Source: Vicugna vicugna
Taxonomy: Eukaryota
Length of the DNA stretch: 64,000 nucleotides
NCBI GenBank assembly: GCA_013265495.1
Contig: MU061579.1
Coordinates: forward strand, 897,159-961,158
Direction of reading: 5' to 3'
Shown: one piece after another, positions 52,313 to 64,000 of the stretch
Numbering within the stretch: the first letter of the stretch is position 1
How the letters are laid out: each line of letters opens with the position of its first letter
Notes under the pieces: model-generated
Databases searched by the model: none
What the model saw: the letters and a program-made list of their open reading frames with translations, nothing else
Told to the model about the DNA's origin: nothing
Translations under genes and position numbers: made by a program

Positions 52313-55019
52313 TGAACCCATAACAAATTCTATATACTCCAGGAAAATATTTTAGTATGTTATATAAATAAATATTAAACAGAGGCGGCTTCTTACATTA
52401 CAAAATATTCTCATGAATTCTTCCGCAGGTAATTGAAAAATAATATTATGCGTCTGAAAATGCTCAGAATCATGGAAAAGTAGTAGACCCCCTCCCATAT
52501 CTATCCACCCAATGAGACAGAAACTTTTCAGACAATTTGAGAAAAGGCTTTGCTTATTTATTTTTATATTTAAAAGCTGTCATCAGATGGATATCTACTA
52601 GACAGCTGGTTTTGCTTCAAATCATAAATCTGTCATGACCAGCTTTATCATTTGCTGTCTGACACTTTCCAGTACTAATAATCTCTGTGAAGAATAAGAA
52701 GCTGGAGTGGAGAACTCTCTGTGAATCCCCTCTGTAGTACATTTGTCAGTTTCATGTTTTTAACTCCCGTCTGCTAGTGTGGGGACATTTCTAATTCATT
52801 CTCATTTGAGAGTCTTCATTTTATCTACTTTTCAGAGTGCAGTGTTATCTGATGTTATTTCATGCTGAGATGAAACACTGACTGTATCAGTGCGGATAAC
52901 TGCTGAGAAGAAAGAACAAAAGAATTGCATATATCTAACAGTCCAGAATTTTCACTGGGGTTGTGCTGAGCTAGAAGATTTACTTATATCCCAAAAGGAT
53001 TGTTTCATAATGTAGCAGTTTCTATAAACTTTGAGACTTGCAAAGGAAGTAAGAACTCAACCACAAGTTTCACATGTGGGTGAAATTTTCAAAGTGATCT
53101 TATTTTTGTCACTTTCTTTTTATTTCCCATAAGAAGACAGTTTTGCATATGCAATGAAATTGTCCTTGGGAACTTTGATGTAAAGAATAAAACTTAAGGG
53201 CTTAATCTCTGAAAATAGGCAAAAACTTTATATTTATTGATTTGATTACCTTGCAAATGTGCTCAGAAAAGTGCAGTTTGGAGTAAACATTTCAAAAAAC
53301 CACGGAACAATGAAAATAATTGATAAGACTATGTAATCCACAGTTTTAAAAAAATTAACTACAGTTTAGCTTTTTTTCTTAGAGCATAGTTAAGTTCCCA
53401 TGCCTAACACACATTGTAAAACAAGTTTCATTTTAGATGAACAGAATATGAGAATATTAAAAAATTTAAACAATCTGAACATATCTTGAAAATCTTTAAA
53501 GATCATGTGATAAAACTCCTAGCAGATTTTAGCTTTACCCTATCTGAGACTATCGGCAATCGTTTTCAAACATGATACATTGTTACACCAGTTTGGGGGT
53601 AAATTAGAAAATATTTATAAAACTCTTCACATCAGTCTTGAAGCATACTGTAATACAGCAGTTGATGAAAAACAAAAGTCAGTGTAGTAGTTAGTGATGG
53701 TAGTAGTAATAATAATAATTGTGGTAATTTCCTTTTTTGAAAAGCTAGTTTAAAAGATACTAATAATATTTGACATCAGCTATTATCAGAGTCACTAATG
53801 AATAGATTAGATTTGTAGTTTCCATGCCATTATTCATGTTTGTATGCAAATTATGTTATTATAATTATAGGCCATTGCTTATAAAGACAAAGCTATTTAT
53901 GTGTTAGGTTAATGTTTAATTGGCATGCATAGAATTATAATCAAATGCAAAATAAGTGTGCTTCATCTTAATTACATTCATATTTGTAAGGACTTTCTCT
54001 TCTTTTCCTCTCTCACAGAAAAGAGAAAATTTTCATAAAAACCTTCATAGTAAGAAACACCATATGGTTCATTATTCAATCCATTAGCAGAAGTTAAAGA
54101 GAACAGGTTGTTCATTTGTAATGCAGTGATCCTCACTTTACCTTCCATTACAGTGAAATTCTGACCTCAGATTTTCAGGTTTGATTCCAAATCTTTGATC
54201 CTGGTTATCAATTTGTTAACCCACAACAATACATTTGTTGCACTTCTAGGTTTGATTGTTTATATAAGAAAGATAACACTCTTGGTTGTCAAAATAATCA
54301 CTGAGTATTCAATAGTAGACATGTTTATATTTTACTATATGATAAGTGAGAAGATAGAGAAGATAGTATAGTTCAAGGTTACTTTTAACCTTAATATATT
54401 CATCTATCTTGGAAGACAATAACACATCAAAAACCATGCTGTGGCTGATATGCCATAGAAATCCTCATAAAGCAGGTGACTGGATGGGGGAAAATCTGAA
54501 GAAAAGTTAAAATACTTTATCAAAATTATTGTATACCAGTACTCAGGTGATTACAGGAATACGTGAAACATTGCAGGGCATAGAAAAGTATAAATTACTT
54601 GGACTATAGCTATAAATAGAATAGTATAAAGATCACAGCATAAGTGAAAAGAGAGTCGGCTGATAAACCATTCAGCAGAAGGGAAAGGATGAGTGCAGTT
54701 AGGACATGGCACAAGCTTGTTTCCCTGCTCTAAGAGTTACAAATTTAACTGCGTAGAGATGTGGGACAGATTCCTTAAACAGAATTCAGTGGACTGAATG
54801 GCATCTGATATTCGGTCTCAGTATCCAGTATCAACAGAGAATGCTGAAATGTAGTGACCTGGAGGGCAAGGTTCCTGTCCAAAGGCACAGACACTGATTC
54901 ACATCTGATAATTATGATAATCTAGTATTGTCATGTTTTTCACAAAGAGAAGTCCAAATAGCTATGTGAACTCTATCCTTTTTTTTTCATTAAAAAAAGC
55001 AAAATTTAACTTTTGGTGT

Positions 55020-56560
55020 AATTTTTTTTAGTATATTACAGTTTGTTTTTAAGCAGCATAGATAGTTTCACAACAAAATTGAGCAGATGATACATAAATT
55101 TCCCATGTGTATCCCCTGCCCCCGCACAGTACAGCTCCCTCCGTTATCAGTATCCCCCACATTTGTTACATTTGATGAGCCTACACAGACACATCATTAT
55201 TAGCCAGAGTCTACAGTTTACATTAGCTTTCATTTTTGGTATTGTGTACTCTGTGGGTAAGGACAAATGTGTAATGACATGTATCCATTATTATCAGTAT
55301 CATACAGAACATTTTCATTGCCCTAAAAATCTTCAGTATTCTGCCTCATCATCTCTCCTTCTCAGTTAACTCCAGCAACCACTGCTCTTTTTATTTTCTC
55401 CAAAGTTTTGTCTTTTCAAGTATGCCAGTCATATAGTTAGAATCATACAGTATGTAGCCTGTTAGCTTGGAATCTTTCATTTAGTGACATACATTAAAGT
55501 TTCCTCCACGTTTTTTCATGCTTTGATAGCTCATTTCTTTTAGCACTGAATAATATTTCATTATCAGCTTGTACCACAATTTGTTTTTCCATTCATCTAC
55601 TGAAGGACATATTGGTTGCCTCCAAGTTTTGGAAATTATAAATAAAGCTGCTGTAAACATCAGTGTGCAGGTAGACACAAAAGTAGACACAAATTTTCAT
55701 CTCCTTTAATATATCTTCACCATCATTTGATGTTGTCAGCATTTTGGATTTTGTTCTTTCTAATGAACGTGTAGTGATATCTCTTCATTGTTTTAATCTG
55801 AGATGTCTTAATGACATATGAGGCTAAATACTATTTCATATGCTTATTTTCCATCTGTATATCTTCCTTGCTGAGATGAATGTTCAAGTCTTTTGCCCAT
55901 TTTTAATTGAATTGTTTGTTTTCTTATTATTCAATTTGAAGAGTCCATTGTATATTTTGAATAACTGTCCTTTACCAAATACCTCTTTTGCAAATATATT
56001 CTCCCAGTTTGTGGCTTGTCTTCTAATTCTCCTGTCATTGTATGTCACAGGACAGGTTTTTAATTTTAATGAAGTCCAGCTTACCAATTTTTTTCTATCA
56101 TGTTTCATGCCTTTGGTGATGTATTTAGTCATAACCGTATCCAAGGGCGGTTAGATTTTCTCCTATACTATCTTTCAGGAGATTTATAGATTTGAGTTTT
56201 ATACTAGGTCTATAACTCATTTTACTTAATTATTATGAAGAGTGTCATGTCTCTGCCTATATTTTTTTCTGCACGTGGATGTCCAGTTGTTTTACCACCG
56301 TCTGTTGAAAGACTGTATTTGCTCCATTTAATTGTCATTGCTCCTTTCTCAAAAATCAGCTGATTATTTATATGGATCTATTCTGGTCTGTTTATTCAGT
56401 TCTTTTGATGTATTTCTCTATTCTTTTGAAAATACCATGCTACCTGATTCCTGTAGCTTTATAGTAAGTCTTGGAGTCACATAGTATCAGTCCTTTAACT
56501 TGGTTCTTCTTGTTCAATATTATGTTGACTATTCTGCTTTTATTTTTTACTTTTTGCCAA
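55020..56560 (-). mobile_element. L1 (L1MC1/2-like) 3' UTR and decayed ORF2 C-terminal half
   Basis: Minus-strand ORFs give ORF2p-like peptides RRQATNWENIFAK...KLNNKKTNNSIK (55884..56144) and RIVNIILNKKNQVKGLILCDSKTYYKAT (56440..56646); 3' UTR 'catttgttacatttgatgagcctaca'. Confidence 0.9.
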
Positions 56561-57149
56561 GTCAATCCATTTTTAAATATTAAAAAAGTAGTTACTTTAT
56601 TTTTTAATATTGTGTGTGCCAATACTATACAGGTCAAATTCAACATCTTTACAAACTACTTTTAGACCACAGATGGTGAATGTGTAAAGCCCGCCCAGTG
56701 TAGCAATACAGCATTTTGAAAAGATTTCTAGAGAACTTCTGTTTAGTATTATGGAAGGAAAATGAGAAGAAAATTTGGGTTCTCTTCAAAACTGCTGTTC
56801 AGAAGGACTAGAGCAGAGCTGACCATCTGAGAGCTGTCCCAGCAGACCAGATGTCACGATGAGAGCCTGTGTTTACTCAGAGCAGAAGCAGGGACTGTGC
56901 CTACCTAGACTCACAGTAAACTGACCACCAAGGAAACTGCACCCAAGAGAAGCAGATACCAAGAGGGGCTCTTGGTTGCTTAGAACGGGAATAACTGCTG
57001 GAACCACACAAGGAAGTACCATTGAAAGATGGAAATTTGACAGAAAGACTCTTTCTGTATCATTATAGTACGGCCTTCTCATTTTCATATTCTGGGTGGA
57101 AACAATAATTCCTTGACTTAATCATACCTCTACTTGATTCAGGTCCTTT

Positions 57150-57492
57150 GAAAAATTTATGCCTGTCATTCAGAATGCTTCCTCTGACCTTATACTAAAA
57201 AAAATTCAAGCACTATTTCCTTAAATAAGCCTTGCTGATCCCCAAGATTATACCAAAATTTTATAGCATAGACTCTCATGGTACCTTATAGTTCCACTCC
57301 ATACACTTATCCTCAACCAAACTGCTAATCTTATATCTATGTGTTCAATTTTATATCATCTACCAGAATATAAGCTTCTATAGTGGCTGGAGCCACAAGT
57401 TTTATTCCTCAGTGTATTTTTTGAACCTAACACAGTCTTTTGCATAAAGTCAGAATGAGGTAATATTTGTTGACTGAATGAATAAATGTAAA
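57150..57492 (+). mobile_element. L2 3' end
   Basis: 'ccagaatataagcttc...cctaacacagtc...taatatttgttgactgaatgaataaatg' L2 tail. Confidence 0.6.
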
Positions 57493-59044
57493 TGGATATA
57501 TGGTTGGCCTTTGTGGGTATACTATTTTCTGAAAAGACAGTAAGGAAACATTATTTCATTTAAATACTTGGAAATAAAAATTAAAAAATAAACCCACAGG
57601 TGTACTAAAAAAACTGTAGATGACTATAACCTGGGCAAAAGAAGTCCTGCAGTTTTGAACCATCATAGCCTAACTTGGAAATAATTGCCAAATGCAAACA
57701 AATCATCAGGAAACGAAAACTATACTGTTCACCTTGTTGTGAGTTAAAGGTTAGTTCCTTTTTCGTACATGTATAACTATGTTCACATTAATTCAAGACA
57801 TACCCACTGAAAGCTTTCTTTGTTTTATGGAATTAGTCACTCATTTTAAGTGGGCAAGTTCAGAATCGTGACATGATTTTCCTTACAATTTGTAAAAGCC
57901 TTAGATTATTATGTTGGGATTTTATTTTCTTGAAATTTCTAATAATAAAACAAAATTGCAGTTTCACAGCTGTGATGGTTCCTTCGTTTCCATAGAAGAG
58001 TTGTTTTTTTTTTTTTAAATAAAGCAAGGACTGAGAATCCATCCATATTCAAACGCTCCCCTTGCATGATGGCTCAATTATTGTTGTTGGTACTAATCAT
58101 CTCAGTACTTGGCAAGCCTCATTCATACTGCAGGAAAGCAAACTTTCCCAGAAATCAAAACACCAAATGTTCTGAACAAAATAATTGGAGGATAAGAGTC
58201 CCCTTAGAATCTGAAATTTTCGCTTGACAGAACCTTGACAAATGTGAGTGGGTGTTTGATCAAAAGGATATTTGTCATAGAGCATAGCTCACGATTTCCA
58301 ACACAGCAAAGGAAATATTTGATTCCTATGGTGCAGCTGGAGCTTAAATCCAGGCAGACCATTCCAAGTCTGTGATCAGACTGATCTCTAATTCAGAAGT
58401 CAATGGCTTGAAGATTCAGTTTCTGGGCTTTGCACAGATACGAAGGGAATGGCTTACTTTCCTACTGAACACTCACAGGTTCTAAGAGCCGAGACAAAGT
58501 GCCTGAATGAAAGAAAGATGCAGTATTCCTTTCTGCGTGTTTATAAATATAAATGTTATCATCAGAGACATAATGTTTATGTTTATATACATTCACCTTT
58601 TGAAAATGATTTAAAAAGAGAGAGAATGTGAATTTATAATTTACTTTTTCTTTACAAAAAAGTTTTGAAACAATTTTAGATCAACTGGCACATTTTGGAA
58701 AATGTCATTTATGAAATGTGAGTTAGAACACACTTTGGGGAATGTTTAAAGTCACTTATATCTTCTACTAAAAATCCATCTGGCTACCAGAGTAACACTC
58801 CTTTGTCTAACCTGTTTTTCTCCTCATAAATATTTATTCATTAGAGAAATCAGAAGCTATATAAAGAGTATAAAAAGAAGAAAACCCTATTCTTGAAAAA
58901 AAAGGGCATGTGTACATATGTAATACTACATATTCAGATTTTTTTTGAAAAACAATATAATAGGTTTTAATTTATATTATACATAATATATTTTACTATC
59001 TCTCTCTCTCTCTATATATATATATAAATTATTTGGGAAAAACA

Positions 59045-59235
59045 AAAGATGCTATCATTTTTGAGTCCTTACTAAATATTGGACACATCATAAAGGTTTA
59101 TTTAAAGAAACCCTATTTTACAACTGAACATATTTTAAAGTACATAGTGGTCCATTACTGTGCACAGTGAGATAACGAAAGAGCCTGGATTTTAATACAG
59201 AATATCTGACTCCTGAACGCATTTTCTCAATTGCT
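59045..59235 (-). mobile_element. MIR SINE remnant
   Basis: 'gctatcatttttgagtccttacta...agagcctggattttaatacagaatatctgactcctgaa'. Confidence 0.45.
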
Positions 59236-61157
59236 ATGTATAAGAGGTCATTAACTTTATCGGATATGTGTTTTTTCCTTCAATAACATTATTTTCATGT
59301 AACTTTTATTCCCATTGGCATGCTATTGCTTTTCACTGACTGGTCCATCATACTATGCATCTCAAATCGATGTTTCAGGATTGTTTTGATGTTTTACCCT
59401 AAGGGGTTATTCCTATGTATAATCAACCCACTTCAGATCAGTCAGAGTGTTGATTGTCATACATAGAACCAAGTTCATTGCTTTACTTTTGTGATCCCCT
59501 GTGCCTGGAATGCAATCTCCTTCACCTTGGAGTCCACTTCTCACTCAGTCTCCATCATCATGTAACCTAAAGCCACACTTCTTTCCTAAAGCACTCCTTA
59601 TAACCTAATCCTCCAGCAACTTCCGTCTCCTTTAAAACTGTACATGTCATCTGCCCAGAGACTGGAATGTGTCACATTATACTTCCTATAGACTTACTGC
59701 TTTCTTTCTATAACTTTTTATGTGCCCAAACATGTACATCACTGTGCTAGAAACTGGAATGTGAAGATGAACAAAATTCATTTCTTCTCTTGACTTGTTC
59801 ACAGATTGATAACTGTATTTTTTTTTTGTCACTACACTGGAGACTATGACTGCTACGTTATATTGAGTATTAAGATTTACAAATTATCTGAATAGCCCAT
59901 TCTGTAAATTTTAATTTGCTAGTTACCATTGTTATCAAACCCACTATTCAAAAAAACATGGCTACATCTCACAATTAGATTAAAGAGAAACCCAGTATCT
60001 TTATACTCTTGTGAAGCAGAACCCTGTGGACCAATACCAAAGGACTGCACCTACATGGAGGGTAGCAAAGATCATCACAATGCCAGCGAGAAGGGACAGA
60101 GCAAGGTCAGCTCTGAAGGTGTGCATTGGTCCCCACCACTAGCAACACCGCCCACACACTATCCCTGCCCCCCTCAAGCTGATGCAGGGCAACTGGCCTA
60201 CATGCATCCTCTAGTGCTGCAGTAGGAGGACGTCTTTCCCTGGTCCATCAAGTCTGAAACACTGAAAGTCGCGGCTTGCCTGAGAGCCAATGTGGCACAT
60301 GAGTAAGCAGAACAAAGGGACACTCACTGAGCACAGAACAGGGGGAGATATCCCCACACAAGTTGCTAAGCCTGGCGCAGGCCATGTGGGCACTTTACCT
60401 CAGTAAGGAATTGTTTCAGGCCCAATATCCATGCTTAAGTGACTGAGCAGGGGTAAAAAGGCTACATGCATGCTTTTTCCAACACTTGTACTATATGAGA
60501 AAACATATTAACAAATACAGACGAATTAACCCCAGTGGAAAGGGTAAGTGATTCATTTACATTGTGTATGGACAGGCTGGTCAGCTGTTCCCTCATGTCT
60601 ACTGTACACTATTAGGGATTCCTGTCATGTTCAACTGGGATTCTCACCTTTAAAATGAAAGAAAAAAAAGACACAAAAGATAAACTGGATTTTGGCAGCA
60701 TACAGCAGAAGTTTTTATTGATGTTCATGAGTTTAAGAAAATCACTTACAATAAATATCCTGTTCAATAGGTTCTGGGAAATTTTGAAAGAAATAGTGGC
60801 CACTAATCACATATTTGTATGTAAATGACAATCCAACCTCAATTATGCTTTACTGTTTGTCCAAATTTTCCCTCAGTGTATCAGTTTTTTTTTTCCATTA
60901 TCAGAAATCTGTCTTCTTCCAACACTGTAAGATCTTTGAGACAATGAACAAATATATTTTACTTAGGCATACTTCATCACATGCCTAATACATTGCCATG
61001 TTGGAGAAGGAGCAGACAATAAAAGTGGGTGATTAATGAAATAGTTTCAGATGTAGGTGAAGATAATTTGTCAACATTACATTCTGTTTCTATACAATCC
61101 TTTCACCTCACACTCTATCAATGCAATATATTTAAAATTAGCATTTACCACAGAGGG

Positions 61158-61726
61158 TGTATTACATTTCTATTGGTGTATGAAGAATACAGTAAACTTA
61201 GAGCTAACGACTCCACACTATTTCACAAATTCTGTGGGTGAGAATCCTGGGATGACTTTGCTGAATCTTCTGCTCTGGATCTCACAGGCTGCAATTAAGA
61301 TGTCAGGCAGGTGGCATGGTCATCTGGATGCTTGACTGGGGAAGAAGGTGCTTCCAAGCTCAGCCATGCTGTTGGCAGCATCTGTCTCCTCGTGGCTGTG
61401 GGACTGAGCACCTGGTTTTCTTGATGGCTGCTAGTTGAAGGTCACTCTCAACCTCTAGAGGCCACCTGTGGCTTCTTACCACATGGTCTTCTCACAGGAT
61501 GGGAGCTTATTTCTTCATGGCCAAGAAGAGAATCTCTCTCTTAAAATGGTTGCAACTGTAATATAATCTGACCTTGGGAGTGAAGTCCTAACACTTTTGA
61601 AATATGACATAACCTAAACAAAGGAGTACCATCTTATCACTATTTCCATTTTTTATTGATCAGAAGCAAATCACAGATCTTTCTCATACTCAAAGGGAAA
61701 GGATTGTACATGAGCGTATCTACCAT
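61158..61726 (-). mobile_element. MaLR solo LTR (MLT1E-like)
   Basis: 'tgtattacatttctattg...tctcacaggctgcaattaagatgtcagg...ttgactggggaagaaggtgcttccaagctca...gttggcagcat...agaagcaaatcacag...actcaaagggaaaggatt'. Confidence 0.8.
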
Positions 61727-61882
61727 AATTGATGTTCTTTTGTCACAGAGGAAATATTAAGAAACATTTGCCTATGAAGATTATTACTCTTCTTAGTCAA
61801 TTTATAGTCTAATGTATTTAAATATGTATGTGTGTGTGTATATATATATATATTTAAATACATTAAATATGTATGTGTGTGT

Positions 61883-62109
61883 GTATATATATACACACAC
61901 ACATACACACACAAATAGATATAATCTCAAAGTGGACATAGGTCCTCTTAACCAGCAGAGAAAAAGACTGTTAATTAATGAGAGTTAGTATATATATATA
62001 CACACACACATACACACACATATGCATACACACACAAATAGATATAATCTCAAAGTGGACACCGGTCCTCTTAACCAGCAGAGAAAAAGACTGTTAATTA
62101 ATGAGAGTT
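61883..62109. repeat. Tandem duplication (two copies, 123-bp offset) of a microsatellite plus a 74-bp unique unit
   Basis: 'aaatagatataatctcaaagtggaca..ggtcctcttaaccagcagagaaaaagactgttaattaatgagagtt' at 61913-61986 and 62036-62109; 72/74 identical. Confidence 0.95.
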
Positions 62110-63349
62110 TTACAAAGCCAAGTGTCTGTTTTTTCCCTGATATTGACCTTTTAAAATGAAGGCTTTTAATTGACAAATCTTAAATAGATCAGCCAAATAG
62201 TGATAGTCTTTTTCAAGACTGTACTTTAACCCACTCTCACTTACACATTCTATTTATGCACATCTTAATTAGCCAGGAGATGAGTGGCCAGAAAAATACA
62301 GAGTTTTAAGGTTTTAGAACACAGAATATTAGTGTGTCTGACTGAGAAATCTGTTTTTCATGAGAGATTGTCTGCTCACCAAATAAATTCCTTACCATCT
62401 ATCTATCACAGGCTTCAATTTTCCAACAGAATAGCCTGATTCATCACTGTTATGCCAACGACACTCTGCTCTATCTGTTGGTGCCTACTGATTCCCCTGG
62501 GGGAAACGTTAATCTTTCAGGCTTCTGTGGAAGGTATTAGGTTTGATATCACAGAATTTCTCGCACCTAGGAAATACTAGAAGAGAGGATATGCATTGAC
62601 TTTGACTATTCATACAGGAATTTTAGACACTGAAAGTGGGAAAAAATCTCAGAGAATTTATATTAAAAAAAAAACAAACCTTCAGTGTGTCCATGATGAA
62701 GGTGAGACCCAGAGAAGAAAACATGACATGGCTTTGACCACCAATCCAATTAGGTAAAAGATTCAAACACTAGTTTTCTAATTGTAAACCCTGTATTAAA
62801 TAGTCTATATATACCTTCTACCCCAGGCCACAAGACAAATTATAGCCTCAATGTGATAATGCTAGAAAGACTCAGTTACATGATGCTGACAGCCATTTTT
62901 TCTTTCCCTTTATATTTTGATCACTCTACCACTCAACACCTTCTGGATCTCTGTACCTCTCTTGGTCCTCTCCTCCTACTCTTGGTATTTATTCTTCTAA
63001 TTACTTATAAAATACTTTTTTTAAAAAAAGTATTTTATCAGTTGTTGTCAAACCAAGTTTTACTCAAAGAGAGACCACTTCAGTTTCTACCATTGCCTCT
63101 GTCCTATTTTCACTACACATGTTGCCTTTTCTCACCCATACATACTTATATTCCATTAGCCACTATTGTCTACTGCTAGACTCTGATTTCTGGTTCTCTG
63201 GCTTCTAAAACCAGCCTCCTAAGTTCTGGGGGTGAAAATCACAATCATTCATTGTCCTGCCATCTGACCCTTGGAGATGCCATCTATGATGGGGTAGAGT
63301 TTTGGGAAAGGTGAAATGGGAACAATTTGGAATTACACCATTTATGTTT

Positions 63350-63760
63350 TCATTCATTCACTTGGGCCTGGGTCTCAGTGGTTTATGAGAAGGCAATATA
63401 GCAGGAAAAATTCAGAAAATCTTTTGTCCTCACAAAATTTATATTCTAATAAGGGAGGTAAATGATCAACAAATAAAAATAAATGGCTACATAATGCAAT
63501 GTAATGTACAGAAACTGCATGAAAAAAAGTAAAGCAGTGACAGGAAATACAGAGTAATGTAGTTGATGGGATGTTTTAGGTTATTATGTTCAGGGAGAGT
63601 TTGCTAAGGAATAAGTTTTGGGCAGAGATCTGAATGAAGAGATTATTCTAATAACTCTGGAAGGAGCACTTTTGGAGTGAGAGCAGCCATGAGAAGATCA
63701 CAATAGGGAGTAAAATGTTTCATTTGTGGAAAAAATAACTAAGGCCAGACTGACAGGATG
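63350..63760 (-). mobile_element. L2 3' region
   Basis: 'ttcattcattcac...gtcctcacaaaatttatattctaataaggga...gggcagagatctgaatga...ctctggaaggagcac...actaaggccagactg'. Confidence 0.65.
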
Positions 63761-63769
63761 CACAGTAAC

Positions 63770-64000
63770 ATCTTACATACAACAATATGGGTGAATCTTA
63801 AACCTTCTGTTTAGCATAATAAATTACAATTTGATTACATTCCTAAGAAGCTCAAAAAAGGACAAAATAATTTATGATGTTAAAACAATAATTTATGTTG
63901 GGGAGAAAGGGGCAAACTGTATGGTTCCCTCTAAAGAGTTTGGAGTATTTCATTTTTTGATCATGGAATATTCTTTCCATAAAAATTCATTGAGTTTTAC
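63770..64000 (+). mobile_element. Ancient L1ME-like 3' UTR fragment
   Basis: 'tacatacaacaatatgggtgaatctta...gattacattcctaagaagctcaaaaaaggacaaaataatttatgatgttaaaa...tttttgatc'. Confidence 0.5.

Noticed and set aside
55481..56646. Cluster of minus-strand ORFs as a gene or active RT
   Set aside because: These are frameshifted fragments of a dead L1 ORF2; no RT or endonuclease domain is present.
61883..62109. CRISPR-like repeat-spacer array
   Set aside because: Only two long copies separated by microsatellite, in a mammalian context with no cas genes.
1..64000. Novel multi-gene system, NUMT, non-retroviral viral insertion or processed pseudogene
   Set aside because: I could not recognise any long ORF, mitochondrial or viral homology, or mRNA-like polyA/TSD unit by eye. 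A tBLASTx search would be needed to exclude highly decayed copies.

Overview
AT-rich mammalian non-coding DNA (intergenic or a very large intron). Two copies of a tRNA-Ala-derived SINE resembling camelid Vic-1, together with no recognisable Alu, Bov-A/B, PRE-1 or Can-SINE, point to a camelid (alpaca/llama/camel). I found no credible protein-coding gene. The ORF track looks like chance ORFs, except a few that carry decayed L1 ORF2p peptide. The window is mostly fossil transposable elements: L1 3' ends, L2, MIR, MaLR/ERVL/ERV1 LTRs and hAT MITEs, plus microsatellites. I see no evidence of a novel multi-gene system. The most interesting signals are structural: an L1 with nearly the whole coding body deleted and carrying extra 3' ends; an ERVL provirus collapsed to LTR + PPT + LTR tip; an ERV1-type LTR split by ~540 bp that seems to contain an older MIR; a 39-bp nested L1 tail with a perfect TSD; a young palindrome-associated tandem duplication; and an old ~95-bp dispersed duplication. 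There are also a few candidate regulatory and splice signals. Repeat subfamily names come from my recollection of consensus sequences, not a database search, and boundaries are approximate unless a TSD is quoted.
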